A stretch of 64,000 nucleotides of DNA, taken from the NCBI RefSeq assembly GCF_024521635.1, contig NW_026250403.1, positions 496,001 through 560,000 on the forward strand, read 5' to 3'. The position numbers and the translations under genes are program-made. Position 1 is the first letter of the stretch, and each line of letters starts with the position of its first letter. Positions 11,411-24,449 of this stretch are shown here, piece by piece. This DNA is from Tricharina praecox. Its lineage: Eukaryota. The notes under the pieces were generated by a model, which was given only the letters and a program-made list of their open reading frames with translations, had not been told where the DNA came from and searched no databases.

Positions 11411-13712
11411 AGTAGCTAGGTAGTAGCCAGGAGAAGCAAGCTACTGGAGGAAGTAGGTAGGCAGCATGTGGTTGTAGAGCTGTTTGCTAACATTAGCGAT
11501 ACTGAGGATGATGATATTAGGGAAGTCTGTTGGAAAGAATCGGGCTGAAGTTGGATGCTCTGCATGTGTAGAAACATGACGGCGATTTTGCGCTAGTAAT
11601 TTTGATACTGACTAAGCGCCAAGCGCCCCCAAAACATTAGGAAGCGAGCCAAGCCTGTGTGTAACAGCGCTAACTGCTCAAACTGACCAGTCGGTTATCT
11701 GAGATAATACAGTACATGGTATGTGGTATGTGGTATGTAAGTAGAATCAGGACCGGCCGGAGCGATGCAGTTGCAGTTGCAGTTGCAATTTGCTGTCTGG
11801 CTGGATGGAGATGCGATGGCAGGTCACTCGATGCCATTGCCCAATGCCAGCTGGAGTATAGGAGGGCTCTATATAGAAAGGCTATTGAGCATGCGCAGGG
11901 TGCATGATAGAACAGAGCATAGCAGAGAAGGAAAGGAAAGATGCCCGCCCGCATCCATTCGAGCTCTGGCAAACTAGAAAGGCCCGCCTTGGTTAGGTAC
12001 TTCCGTCCGATAGCTCCCCGGCCGCATTCCGGCCGCAAGGTTTTGTGTTCCATGTGAAGAAAGGTAATCATCCTCTTCTTCCCCCCTCCATGGATCGGTG
12101 TCGGTATGCATACAGCCAGCGATATAGGTGACAACTAACGCACAGTTTGTGGCACGGAAGGGGAAAGGCAATGTCGGACTGGCTACGGTTCTGCGGCATC
12201 CTCATCACGAGCTCTCCCTCCTCCCTGCTTCCCTCTCTGCTTCCTCTCCCCTTCCTCTATCACAATCCGAACTTACAGGCCGCTACATACGGTATACCCA
12301 ACAAGGCCGCCCCTCCGTCTTCCCCCCCCCCCTCCTCCCATCAGTATCCGAAGAAAACATACCGGGGAACAATCCGTCCACCTATATGTATAGCAGAACC
12401 CAACTCAATGCCCGAAAACGGCGCAGCTCGCATGGGCAAAATTTCAAATATTGAGGCAAGTCACAAGTGGCAGTTCCAACCTACGACGTGCAGATTTTGC
12501 ATTGTTCATTGTTAACTAATGTTGAGCTTAGACGTCATCATGAAAGTTTTCATTTCATTTGAGCTACAGCATAGCACTGCACACAACACTCTGAGCACAC
12601 AGTACACAGCACACTCTGGGTAAAAGACCTTGGACAATACCCGTGGGCAGGAGGGAAGAGGGAAGAGGATGGCTTTTTTTTGTGCTGCATTGCTGCACTG
12701 CTGCCGTCGACGCCGACAGTGATGATGGTGATGATTGTGGTGATGGTGATGATGAGGATGATGTTGGGGAAAGACGTTGGGAAGGGAGGGAAAAAGCGGC
12801 AGTACAGTCCACTCCGCCCGTCAACCCCAACCCAACCCAACCCAACCCAACGAAACGACGACCGGTCGCTTACATAACCGAGAGTCCAGCGCATCGATTC
12901 TCTCTTCCGCTCACCACCCGTCTTAGTACTATTTGCATGGGTGAAACATGTGAGCTGATCAGTTACTTGGGTTGTCGACGCTTCCTGCAGTGGTCATGAT
13001 ACCTCCGCCTCTGGCTATCTCGCAGGAAACCAATCTATGTACTGACTAGCGGTACGTGCATGCAGCCTGCGGAACATCCCCGAATAGTGGGCTTCGGAGG
13101 ACGAGGACGAGGACTCAATCAACGACGATTTGTTCTCTCGCATGAATTGGGGCGGGCGGGCATTCAATGAGGGAGGAGGGATGGGAGTGGTGAGTTAGTG
13201 GGTTAGGCAGGTTGGCGGATGGACGATCACGAGGAAATTTCCGTTAATTCCCGCCCCGCAATCGCTGCTCTCGTCAGGCCCAGCTCGAATTCCACGACAT
13301 CATCGCCTCCCCGCCACGGCCGCCCCCGTTGCGCGCGCGCCGTTTCGCAGCCAGAGTAGAGCAGATCTTTCGCGGACGGACTCGTGGGTGGGTGTGGGTG
13401 GGTGGGTGCCAGGTGGGTGTGGGGACTAATCAGACCTACCCGTCAAAACGCGGCAATCTACGTTTTTTTTTGTTTGCAAGTTTACCATCTACTCTAGCCG
13501 AATCATGCTGGTCCAATCTCTTCGTCCCCAGCAACGGAGAACCTAGGGTTGTGGGGATGCGCCAGCTAATATATTCTGCCGTGCAGGGAAAGAGTAGATC
13601 AAGCCGCATTATCGTCTGGAGACTTTACATACGCACTCTGTATATAACCCCGCAGCAGCCAGTAGAGTGGGAGAGTCAGTGAACGAGTGGGAGGAGTGGA
13701 CGGAGAGGAGAT

Positions 13713-13774
13713 GAGTGGAGTGGAGTGGAGTGGAGTGGAGTGGAGTGGAGTGGAGTGGAGTGGAGTGGAGTGGA
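13713..13774. repeat. (GAGTG)n pentanucleotide microsatellite, about 12 copies
   Basis: Directly visible. Confidence 0.95.
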
Positions 13775-16460
13775 CCGTACATATACTTACTAACATACCG
13801 ACATACATCCATAGGTACATTGCTAGCCCGTCGAAATCCGATGTGTCGCTGTTGCCTCCGGCCGATACCGCCATCCCGAAATCCCTCGCGCAATAATCGT
13901 CACTCTGCCCTGTGCGTACGTACCTGGTACATACGTACTGTACCTACATATGATACTACTACATATCACTATCATACCTCCGGTACCTACCTACCTCTAT
14001 CTACCCCGCCGCCGGGATTGAACTCCGGTATATACTGTGCCGGACATACCATAGGTACATACATACTCACCTGGGTGCATACCCAAAGCCACGCAACCCA
14101 CGCCATGGCCAGTGAAGATTTTCCTCCCGCCGTTATCTGGCACCCGTCGCCTACCCAGCAACACACACGCGCGCGCCCCTCACCCCCTTCAGTCGCAATT
14201 GCGCGGTTTTTTGTCTCTCCTCGCGCTCCGACTGGCCAGAACTCGGCCATTGTCCGGCCGGCCAACGCAAGCCTCGAGCAAGTGGCAGCTGGATGCAATC
14301 GGTTCCAATCTCGAATACAGTGGATGGGCGCTGCTGGTGCTGCTGGTGCTGCTGATGGCGCTGGTAGTGCTGCTGCTGATGCTGCTGCTGGTGCTGCTGG
14401 TGGTGAGGGTGGATATATAAATACTCTGCAAACTCGTATATGCTATCTCTGCACTGTGCATTGTTTATATATCCACCCATGGGCCATAGATACTTGAGTG
14501 GGTACTGTATGTATGGTACCATACCACATGCCATGCCATGCCATGCAGCCCATGCCCACCACCACCTGGCAGACTGGCAACAGCACAGGGTGTCAGGGTC
14601 CATCCATCCATCCATCCACCCATCCATCCATCCCTCCCCATCCTTTCGCGTCCAATCATTCGGATCGCCTCAAGGGCTGGTATAGTATTTCTCCGAGTGC
14701 TACATCCCTCCACCACCACTCCGCCGAACAACACTTCGGCAAAAAAATAAAACAAAAAAGAGGGAGAAAAAAAGAAACGAGAAAACTGGGGTAGGGGAAA
14801 GAAGGGGAGGGGTGGGGAGGGAAGAGAGAAGAGGAAAAAGAAGAGAAAAAAGAAAACTCGGTGTACGTACCGCCACGGCCGCCGCACATATGAGTATCAT
14901 AGTATCGGGATGGATGCACTGTCCTGAGTCAGTCTGTCATGCCGGATACCAATACCAACACCAGCCCTTCGGAGCTGTGGGTTTGTCCATTTCTGTCTGT
15001 CTGGCAGGCAAGCAGGTAGACAGGTAAACGCCGAGGAGGGACAGACGACTGCTCACAAAAAACAAAAATTCCGCTGGTGTTGTTCCGCCAATTGGCGATG
15101 ACGAATCTTCGGGCATGGTGGGTTCTCTGGTGGGTTCTCTGGTGGGTTCTCTTGGGGAAGGGAGTGCGTGCGCAGTGCAGTCCGTGTAAACCGGAAGTGT
15201 TGTCCTCGATTCGTCCAGGACGGATCGGTCCCGTCCGTGTGTCTGTCTGTCTGTCTGTCCGTCCGTCCGGGTGTCCGTCTGTCCGTTGGCTCCGTTGGCT
15301 CGCTCCGTTGGCAGGTGGCTCCATTGGTTCCGTTGGTTCCGCACACGGTACACCTCGCCATACACACATCCGCCGTCCACCCATCCGTCGTCAACATCAT
15401 CAATCAATCCACCCACCCATCACTCCACCCATCAATCCATCCATCCATCCATCCGTCATCCAGGCGTTGGGAGATCCGTTACGCAACCGCAACTCGGATA
15501 TCCGCTCATCCAGGTCCATGGGGGTGTTCCGGTCACTTCTGAACGCGGGATGTGCGAACCTTCTTGAGGTGGGCACAAGCTAGATGATTATATTCTGCCT
15601 GCTCCGGCCTCTGGGAAGACTCAAAAGCTGGGGGAGAGTTTGGAGAGAGCTGGGGGAGAGAGAGCTAGCTCACTTACGCACTTACGTGGCTCCGTGAGCT
15701 TCCTCGAGATTCTGGGGACTCCGGTGGATGGTTGGGGGATATTGGGGGGATATTGGGTGGACATTGGAGGGACATTGGATGGATATTGGGTGTAGAGTAC
15801 AGTGTAGAGTACAGTGTACATAAATTTGGGTCAGACTGCAGAATGTAGACTGTAGACTATAGACTACAGATGGGGACGTATATCTACACAAGTACTCTAC
15901 AGACTACAGACTACAGTAGACCGTACAGGCTTTGAAGCGGAGGGCGGAGCGTAGTCGGCTAACGGTACTGTACTGTACGGCGTGAATTGGATTGGATTCG
16001 ATTGCTCATTGCTCACTGCTGCGCCGAGCTCCTCGAAGCCGAACCGAGTGATGATTGCATGAAGGCTTGCAGACTTGCAGACTTGCAGTAGCTCCGGTGG
16101 GGAGGTGATATACAAGCACAAGCAAAGCACAAGTAAATCAAGCATGTACTCTCCGTTCCAACGTTTCAATATCGAGTTGCATAAACCTCACATCAATATC
16201 CACATCTAACCCAACGCCATCACACACATAACAAAACAACTATGAAGAAAAAAAATTGAAAAAAAATGGAAAAAAGATCCCCTGCACACCTCTTTCCCGC
16301 TCAATCTCCTCCCCAAGCTCCCCACAAGCTCCGAGCTCAGAGTGCCGTAGAGTAGAGTACCCCCGATATCACTCGTGAGTCGTCCTTCGTATGTGTCCCT
16401 GGCACCTACATACGTTGTAGTTATGCGCCAGTCTCTGTCAAAGAAAGTAACGGTACCAGC

Positions 16461-17947
16461 CTACCACTCTCCCAGCGCCTCCCTTGCCTCCTTCAGAATA
16501 GTTTGAGCCCACAGCACAGCATCCCCCGGGAAACGTGCCGAGATGTAACGGTGATTCGGATCTATATGCACGAATGGCCTTTTCCAAACACGGTCAACAT
16601 CAGCACCGGCTACTAACTACTAGGTAGGTAGGTACTCTAGGTACTCTGGGTAGGTAGATGTTGCGTTTTTCTGTGGAGTGGGGGGGGGGGGGGGGGGGGG
16701 GGGGGGAGGAGGAGGAGGTTTGTGGTACGGATGTTCGTCCGTACTGTCTTATGTACTCACTTTGTACTCATTGGTCCGTTAATAAGGATCCCACCCGCTT
16801 GTTCGACCTATCATATCGCCATCGTGCATTAGATCAATCAACATCCCATCTACTCTAGAGCTCTAGAGCTCTAGAGTACTTGGTAGCAATACTCTAGTAA
16901 ACCCAACCCCACAAACGAACGGGTGGCAGACAGGCAGGCAGAGGCAGGCAGGCAGACACCACCACCGAACAACAACCACGATAAGGGCCAGAAAGCCAGA
17001 AAGCCAGAAAAAACGAAAGAAAAAAAACAACGGAAAAGCGCCGCAGAAAGAAAAGCGAAAAAAAGGAAGAAAAGACTTACATCGCCACAAGTCCACGCTC
17101 CCCGCTCGATATAGGTGCGGTAATAACTGCCCATCAGCCACGCCTGACTCGCAACCCACGCCGTGGCCTCCATCCACTTCGGTAGCGTCGTGGTCTGCAG
17201 TCGATACTCGCCCAGTAGTGTGTTTCCCTCCCTCTCCCTGCTGCCCGGACACTTTGCAAATGCGAGTGGTAGCACGCCATGGCATATCGCGCCCAGCACT
17301 TTCTTTTGCGGTTGGGTAGTAGTGGTGGTGCTGCTGTCGTTGTGGTCGTTGGTGTTGTTGGTGTCGGTGTCGGTGTTGGCGGCGCCGGTGGTGGTGGTGC
17401 TGCTGCTGCGCTGAGTGTACGGCAGGAATCGCCCTAGTTGCCTGTGCAAGGTCTTAGACTCCAGGTACTGCCGGATCGGTTTGTCGTGGCCGCCGGGGAG
17501 AATCACGATATCTGTACGATCCGGCGGGTCGTGCTGTTAGCGGATTGTGGGGAAAGGAAAGAAAGAAAAACCAGCACAGCGCAGCATCTTTGGTAAACGG
17601 TGGGTTTCGGTTTTTCCTTCTCTTTCAGTCCGGGGTAAGTGAGGGGGCAACCAACCGTATCCGAGAATATCAAAACCCTCGTCGCTCCACGAGAGCGGAT
17701 TGTTAAACTCGGCCGACGCCAGCATGTCCCTGTACGTGGAAGTTGCAGTCGACGTCGCGCCGAGCACGCACGCGAACAGTGTCTGCTGGACCGTGACGGG
17801 GTCCGCCGCAGCGATATCGCCGTGTTCGGTCGCGAACGTGACGGCGCACCCGCCGGCTTTGAGCTCCGACCATGGCACAGCTACCTCCGTCGGGTCGTTG
17901 CCGTGGTTGGCAACGAAGATTATGGCTTTCGGTGGTGCGGCCGGCAT
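16461..17947 (-). CDS. DJ-1/PfpI (class I glutamine amidotransferase-like) protein; exons 17947-17656, 17511-17081, 16807-16761, 16578-16461; 295 aa
   Basis: Motifs HGNDPTEVAVPW, VTFATEHG, YDIVILPGGHD, nucleophile elbow GAICHG, and C-terminal PFVHIDPNHRYISARFPGDA. The last two exons are absent from the ORF track; they were found by splice reconstruction and are in frame. Confidence 0.9.
16680..16705. repeat. Poly-G homopolymer (about 26 nt) inside intron 3 of the DJ-1/PfpI gene
   Basis: Directly visible. Confidence 0.9.
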
Positions 17948-19372
17948 ACTCAGGTTATGGGCGGTTGGTTGGGTAGTGGGGATTTCGGAATTGTCAAGTT
18001 GGTTCTTGGTTTGAACCGACCACGGGGACTCGAGGGTGGGGTTATAACTACTATATCCTATATCGCGGAGAGGTCGAAGACAATGGCAGGTAGGTACTAG
18101 GTAGTAGTCATGCCCAAGGGATATGTTTCAGAGTGCTATGAACCTATTATCAGCCCCCTTTGCTTGCCGCCATCACACGCTGACAATGACGGTGATGATG
18201 AGAAAGAATGATGGTGATGGTTAAAGATGATGTTGGGTTGTACGGGGAGGCTCAGCATACATACACAGGGTAATCCTTCCACCGTAAGGCTGAGCTGAGT
18301 GTTGGTTGGGCGCCTACTAATAGTTAGTAACTAAGCAATTAGTAGTCGTGGTACGGCAGTGGGCAACCGAGTCCGATCGATGCCCCTCCGCCGCCGCCGC
18401 TGAGCACACGTTACTAAGTAAGCGCCCGCGAGCTGCACGCCGTGTCAGTACGTGAGTAAGTACGTGAGTAAGTAAGTGAGTAAGTAAGCGAGTAAGTAAG
18501 TAACAAGTAGGTTCGTAAGGCTTTGAGTGAAGCATATTCTCGCACCATGCGCACACTCGACAATGCCTGTGTGCACGCACGCGGGAGATCTCGGCATCAG
18601 AGGTGGTGGTGGTGGCCGGCGGCGGTGTTTCGTTGACATCGATCTGGGTATGTAGAGTAGCTATCGGATATCTCTGGTAGGGCGCAGCAACCAAGTACGT
18701 ACTTGCATACCTGTTCAGTGGAAGGAGTCAGTTCCGCCTACGTCCAGTGTCACCCGAGATCTACATAGAACATGATTTCGAAAATCTATCCATCCAGTCA
18801 GCGCTGTGCTGGAAGTTGGAACTACCTGGTACATACATAAGTAAGAAGTAGGTACTCTACACTGCGTCGATATGAGCATTGAGACCACCAGGATATAGCT
18901 ATTGCTACATACCGTGGCGACTCTAGCTTAATTCACAGCCATTACAGCCAGGATAGGTATCATACCTACGGTTGTAGCGATGACGAAGAACGATCTCAGC
19001 ACCCGTGCAACGGTGCAAGCACAGCCGGCAATACCTCGAGAGTCGAGCCCGCTTAGCACGCTTAGCTTAACTACAAGCCATAGCACGCCATGTCACGCCA
19101 TCGCTCTGCCGCGCCGCTTCGTGCCGTGCCGTGCGTAGTAGAGGGGCGGCTACTTCGGTACCGTACCGTATATTCGCACGACCGACATTCCCCGCATCCC
19201 GCCTCAGTCGCTGCGCAAGTCGCAGCGGAGGCCGGACAATTCCGCGACCCATCACCTACCCATCCCCTGGCCAGTGGCCAGTGGACTGTCATCGACGTGC
19301 ACGATAACCACACACGTACATGTAGTCGGGACCAAAATATCCACACACCCCACACTCCCCAGCCCCAATCCT

Positions 19373-19420
19373 TATGTATGTATGTATGTATGTATGTATG
19401 TATGTATGTATGTATGTATG
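19373..19420. repeat. (TATG)n tetranucleotide microsatellite, about 12 copies
   Basis: Directly visible. Confidence 0.95.
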
Positions 19421-22400
19421 CATCCCGAGGCGAATGACACTGCATATGCCGCCGACAGACAGACAGATGCCTCCAGACTCCAACCCGGTCGCCGCAGCTC
19501 GTCTATGTATGTACGAAGTGGGGAGGGAGGGGGAGGGGGGAGACAGCTGTGTGGTAAGGGTTAAGGGCTCTGCGTGCCCCACCACCCTTCGAGATCATAT
19601 GTACCTGGTGGAGTATGTGTGTATGTATTGTACTATGTACTAGTTGGTAGTTAGTACTTGGTTAGTTGGCAGAAAAAGTATATAGTAGTATTAGGTAGTG
19701 CACATGTAGAATACATTACCAAGTATGATACATACCTCAAGCATACATATGCCACAACCGTTCGAATTCTTCCATGACGAGATTCCATGTCCATTGCCCA
19801 TGTCCATGCAGAGAAGGTGGTTTTACGCCAAAGTGTTCGAATGGCCCAAAGAGGACGACATTAATATGCGCAGTACTTGGGTACATACATCATGTTACAT
19901 GAAGCAGGAAGCAGGAAGAACGAAAAAAGAAGGAAAAAAGGAAAAGGAAAAGGAAAAAGTCTGACCGAGGTCTGAGGGAGGACCTGCAGGCGGTTCAAGA
20001 CTATCAACCGACAAAAGCAAAGCCTTAAAAAAAAGCATTGTCCGTTGCTATGTAATCAAGAGCTGGCTATCGAAGCGGAATGGAGGAGAAGAAGTGGAAG
20101 TGGAGGGGCAATCGATGGAGCATTGGAGCTGAGCTGGGCCCCGCACCGGTGCACCCTACAGAATCCCGGCTGCAAAAAACATCGAAGAATTGATACATGT
20201 TTCCCCGAAGCGGCGTCGTGCGTAACTCAGAAAATGCCGTACGCGTAGCTCGGGGAGGGACGAAACACCAAAGAAAGTTGAAACCGCTCCAGATATTAGT
20301 AGTAGTTATCCGGCCGGCTGTAAAGCAAGTTAATACCTACTACACACCACTACACTACATACACCACAATATACCACGCTACACCGACACCACCACTCGT
20401 CATATGTATTCAGGCAGATGATTAGCGAGCGAGCGAGGGGTGAATGTAGAACGCGCGGTGTGCAACCATACATCGGTGCCACCGTGCCAGTGGCGTTTGC
20501 CCGTCAGATATATTCAGATATACGAGCTTCGAAACCAGCCAGAGGGACGGAACCGAAGTCTACTAGGTATAGATACTTGGTTACGTCGCACGGTCGCACT
20601 GGGTCAGTCATCCTGGCGGACGGACGGACGGACGGACGGGAAGGTGCGAGTCACTCCGAGTGTGCGACTCTGCGAGAGCGGCGGATCGGCTGGTCGGTGG
20701 CACGTAACTACCTGTCTGTGGACAAGTAGGCGGTGTCCGAGGAGCGAACCGCCAGTCTGGCTGCGAGCCTGCGGCGGCGGTGGCGGCGGCAGTTCGTCTT
20801 TCAGACTTTCAGTGAGTGACAGTGGGTAGAGTACCCAATACTCAAATACTCGGATGTGTGTTTACCTAGTACTTACCAGGAACAGCCAATCGTTAAGTCG
20901 TACCTCACCACCATTACGAATTATAAGCGCAAGGTGAGGCACCACCTACCCTTACGCCCGAGTACTTACCTAGGTGGGTGGGTGTGAGTGCGAAGCAGGC
21001 AGGCAGGCAGATCTTTTCTGAGGCCGACCTCGTCGACGTCCCAGGATGCATTTGCTACTCTGGGTACTATATACTATATACTATGTACCTACTTTCTTGG
21101 TTAGTTAGCATCGGTGTGCCCCACTCGAAGCGCGCAGGTTTTGGATACCGATAGTGGGCGGCAGTTTGCGAACCAGCTGCGGTCGAAATCCCGAAGCTTC
21201 ACGTGAAGATTCGGGGGCTGCAGAGCGAACACCCACCCACCAACCCACCCACCCTCCGTGGTCACATACGGTACCTCCGTGATTAGTTACTCATTGGGCT
21301 GCCCCAACATTTGCGCCGTGCGGTGGCTGCGCGGACTTCAATGTCCCACCCCATCACTCGAGCACATGACCCGAATCCCGACACTACTACATGCCCACCC
21401 TTCCCGGCCTCGAATTATGATTGGCCCGCGCCGACGACGACCACCACGACGTCCAGTCCGTCCACCACCCGCCGTCCACCGCACACCGTCCATCATCCAC
21501 CTTCCTGCCTCCCTGCATATCATTCGTGTTTCCACACATATCCGCCCCAGAGCTCCAGCCCCATGCCCTCCATCTTCCACCTGGTTTCTCCGACATTTCC
21601 ATTCGGGCCTCTCGTTTGTGCGGCTGCTTCCGTTGTCGCTCTGTCGCTCTTCCCCCCCCCCCCCCCCCCCCCAGAGTTCGCTTCCGCATACCACACGATG
21701 CGATGGGGCTGCGAATCAGACGATACGGCAGGGGGGCGGGGAGTGGCTCATCAGGTTCAATCGCTGGCAATTTTGATGTGTGTCTCTAGTTAGTGGGTGG
21801 ATGCCCATCTACTATACATACTACCTACCTATAATCTACGCCTCCGCCTCCGCACACTCTACTCGATGAAAAAATTACCCAGTCAATCTGCCAGCAAATG
21901 CATCTTTTTTGGGCTGACGGGGGGAGCGAGAGAGAATGAGTTCTCTGAGGGAAACGGACGGGAGAAGTGTTGGGCCCACTGCCCACTCACATCCAGGCAG
22001 AAGGGGAAGATGTGGAAGAAGAAGCAAATGTGCGGCCCTAGGTAAGGTAGGTGGGATGGTGTGTGGGGTAAAATGCGACATCACCTCCCACCTCCCACCA
22101 ACACCACCACCACCACCTCTCACCACCTCCCACCACCATCATCACCTCCAGGCTCCCACCATTTCACTAATCACCACCACCATCACCATCGAAATGAACA
22201 CCTCAGCTGCGAGCGAAAAGTCTTTTTTTCTTCCTTCTTTTTCTTTTTTCTTTTCCTTCCTTCCTTCTTTCTGAACGAACGTGCTATCCCTGCCGAACGC
22301 TGCGCTGCTGCTAACATACCTTAGCTTGCCCCTCGATGTGGGGTTAGAGACGACTTGCACTGACATCTGAATGTCCTCGTTGCGGATCAACAGGCCCTCG

Positions 22401-24449
22401 TGGACTTGTAGGAATGGAATTCAAGACTTTCCAGAAAGCACGGAAGAGCATATTTTAGGCTCGTGTGTACGTGCTGTAGCCTGTGTGTGTTCCTGAGGGT
22501 GTGGAGGGATGGACTACATCTGCTAGGGTCCCCGTGGATGGATGATGAACTCCGGTGTGCCAGATGTTCCGAATCCTCTGACGGCCAAAACAGCGCCGCC
22601 CCACAGAGCTTGGATACCACGGGGTTCTCTGGGGTTCTCTCTTTGAGGAGGGGGGGAGGCGTGTGTGTGGTTTGGGTGTGGGTTGCCATTCGTAACAGAA
22701 AAAGGGTGGTGGTGGTGATAATGGTGATCGGCCAGGGCTCCTGTATGGGTCGGTGGACGCATGATGCAGGCTAACAACCTGATACCTTTTTTCCTTCTTT
22801 TCTTTCTTTATCCTCTTCACCCTTCGGATCCATCATACTCAAAACATCAGGGTTTTCGGGGGGGGAAACATTTCCCCCTCCACCACTATCTCTTCTTCCT
22901 GTTTGCTCTTCTCAATCCAGAAGATAGCGGTAGAGTCGTTCATGTCTGTCATGCAGATCAGGCGAAGGGAATGGTGAGATCTCTGACCACGGGAATGGCC
23001 TCATTGGTCTGGGTGGATGAGGTGGGGGGGGGGGCGTCAGAAGTACCCCCTCGTACCTACTACCCCCATCGTTCGAACTACCGTGGGTGTGCCGTTTGAA
23101 TGCGCATGGGCGATTACAATGTCTGTTGAGCGCCGAGCGGCTTCAACCAATTTGTCTCGCGGGCTCCGAAGAATATCAAAGGCCGCGTGGAATACGGCAA
23201 GATACGGCCAACTACAAGAAGTCATCACCGTACCAAGGTACTTGGGTACATAATACATACTTGGACTTTCGTGATGCAGACCGTCCCGGGTAGACCCTAC
23301 GGCCAGCTGCAAATCTCGAAGTTGTTCGAGATGTACGTACATACATGCTCTGCGTGGGTTTCCACCCCCCTACCTACACGATAGCATGTAGTTATGTATG
23401 TACGACATGGAGGTTCCAGTGGTTCCTGATGGTGATTGGCGATACCACGCACCTACGTAGAGTAGAGTGGTGCACCGGCTGCATCTTTTTTAGTGGGATG
23501 AAAGCACATACTACCCTACCCCGGTCACGCCTTGCAAGTAAGCTGCTGGTTGCCCACCTACTTCCTTCTTACCTACATGGGAGGATGCATCCAAGCGTGC
23601 GAACGACTTGCGGATGATGATGGATGCTATTTTACCAGTGTCTGGATGCGTGATGCGCTACTATTACTACTACTACTGCTACTACTACTATACCTACTAT
23701 ACCTGCCCAAGTACATGCCCAAGGTACCCGCGATTATTCCTTTCGGTCTGTCAGAGTCGAAAGAGAACAATCTCCAACACGCTTCGCCTTTTTTACTTAT
23801 CTATCCGCCCGGTGCACCTTCCCCGCGATTCAAAAGCTGACGGCGAAGAATCGAACTCATCAACTATCCCCCCTCCACCCCTCAATAAAACACACAGCCT
23901 GCACTCGTTGATTCCGACGGTCCCCCTCGATCAGCGCATATCATCTCATCGGAACCAGCCCTCGGACAATAGAAGCTCCAACGTTCTTACCTTCCCCACG
24001 GTCATTCCAATCGGTCAGAACGAGAACGTCCTTGTAATCCCGCCGGCGGATGCGCATTTTACTTCATCTCAGCTACACTGTTATATAACTACCATTCGAC
24101 GGACGGCGCAGCTTCCAGTACCCACTGTGCTCTACTCTACCCCACCCCGCTCTCTCCACCCCCATAATACCCTAGTGGTTGGCTATATATCCAGTAGTAC
24201 AGACCTCAGCTTCCAATTGCTCTTTCGAAGCCCCTCCCGTAGATCGCATTGCTCTTCCTCTCTCTCTCTCCCCCTCCCTCCATCTCTCTCCCTCCATCTC
24301 CGTCCCACTCTCACCCGCAGCGCAAGGCAAAAGCGCGCTCTTCACCGACGAAAGCCTGACCTGCAGGGACTGCCGTAAAGTCGGGGGCGATAGTACCGAC
24401 CGCGACCATTTTCGCAACTACTACATCCCCACCAGACTCGTGGGCTCGT

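Noticed and set aside
11600-16400. Many 60-260 aa ORFs in the interval between JmjC and DJ-1
   Set aside because: They derive from microsatellites and low-complexity DNA, with no domain-like content or consistent splice model.
23608-24378. 256-aa ORF upstream of the Zn2Cys6 gene
   Set aside because: No coding-like composition; it starts in a (TAC)n repeat and spans the pyrimidine-rich leader. A uORF role cannot be excluded but is unsupported.
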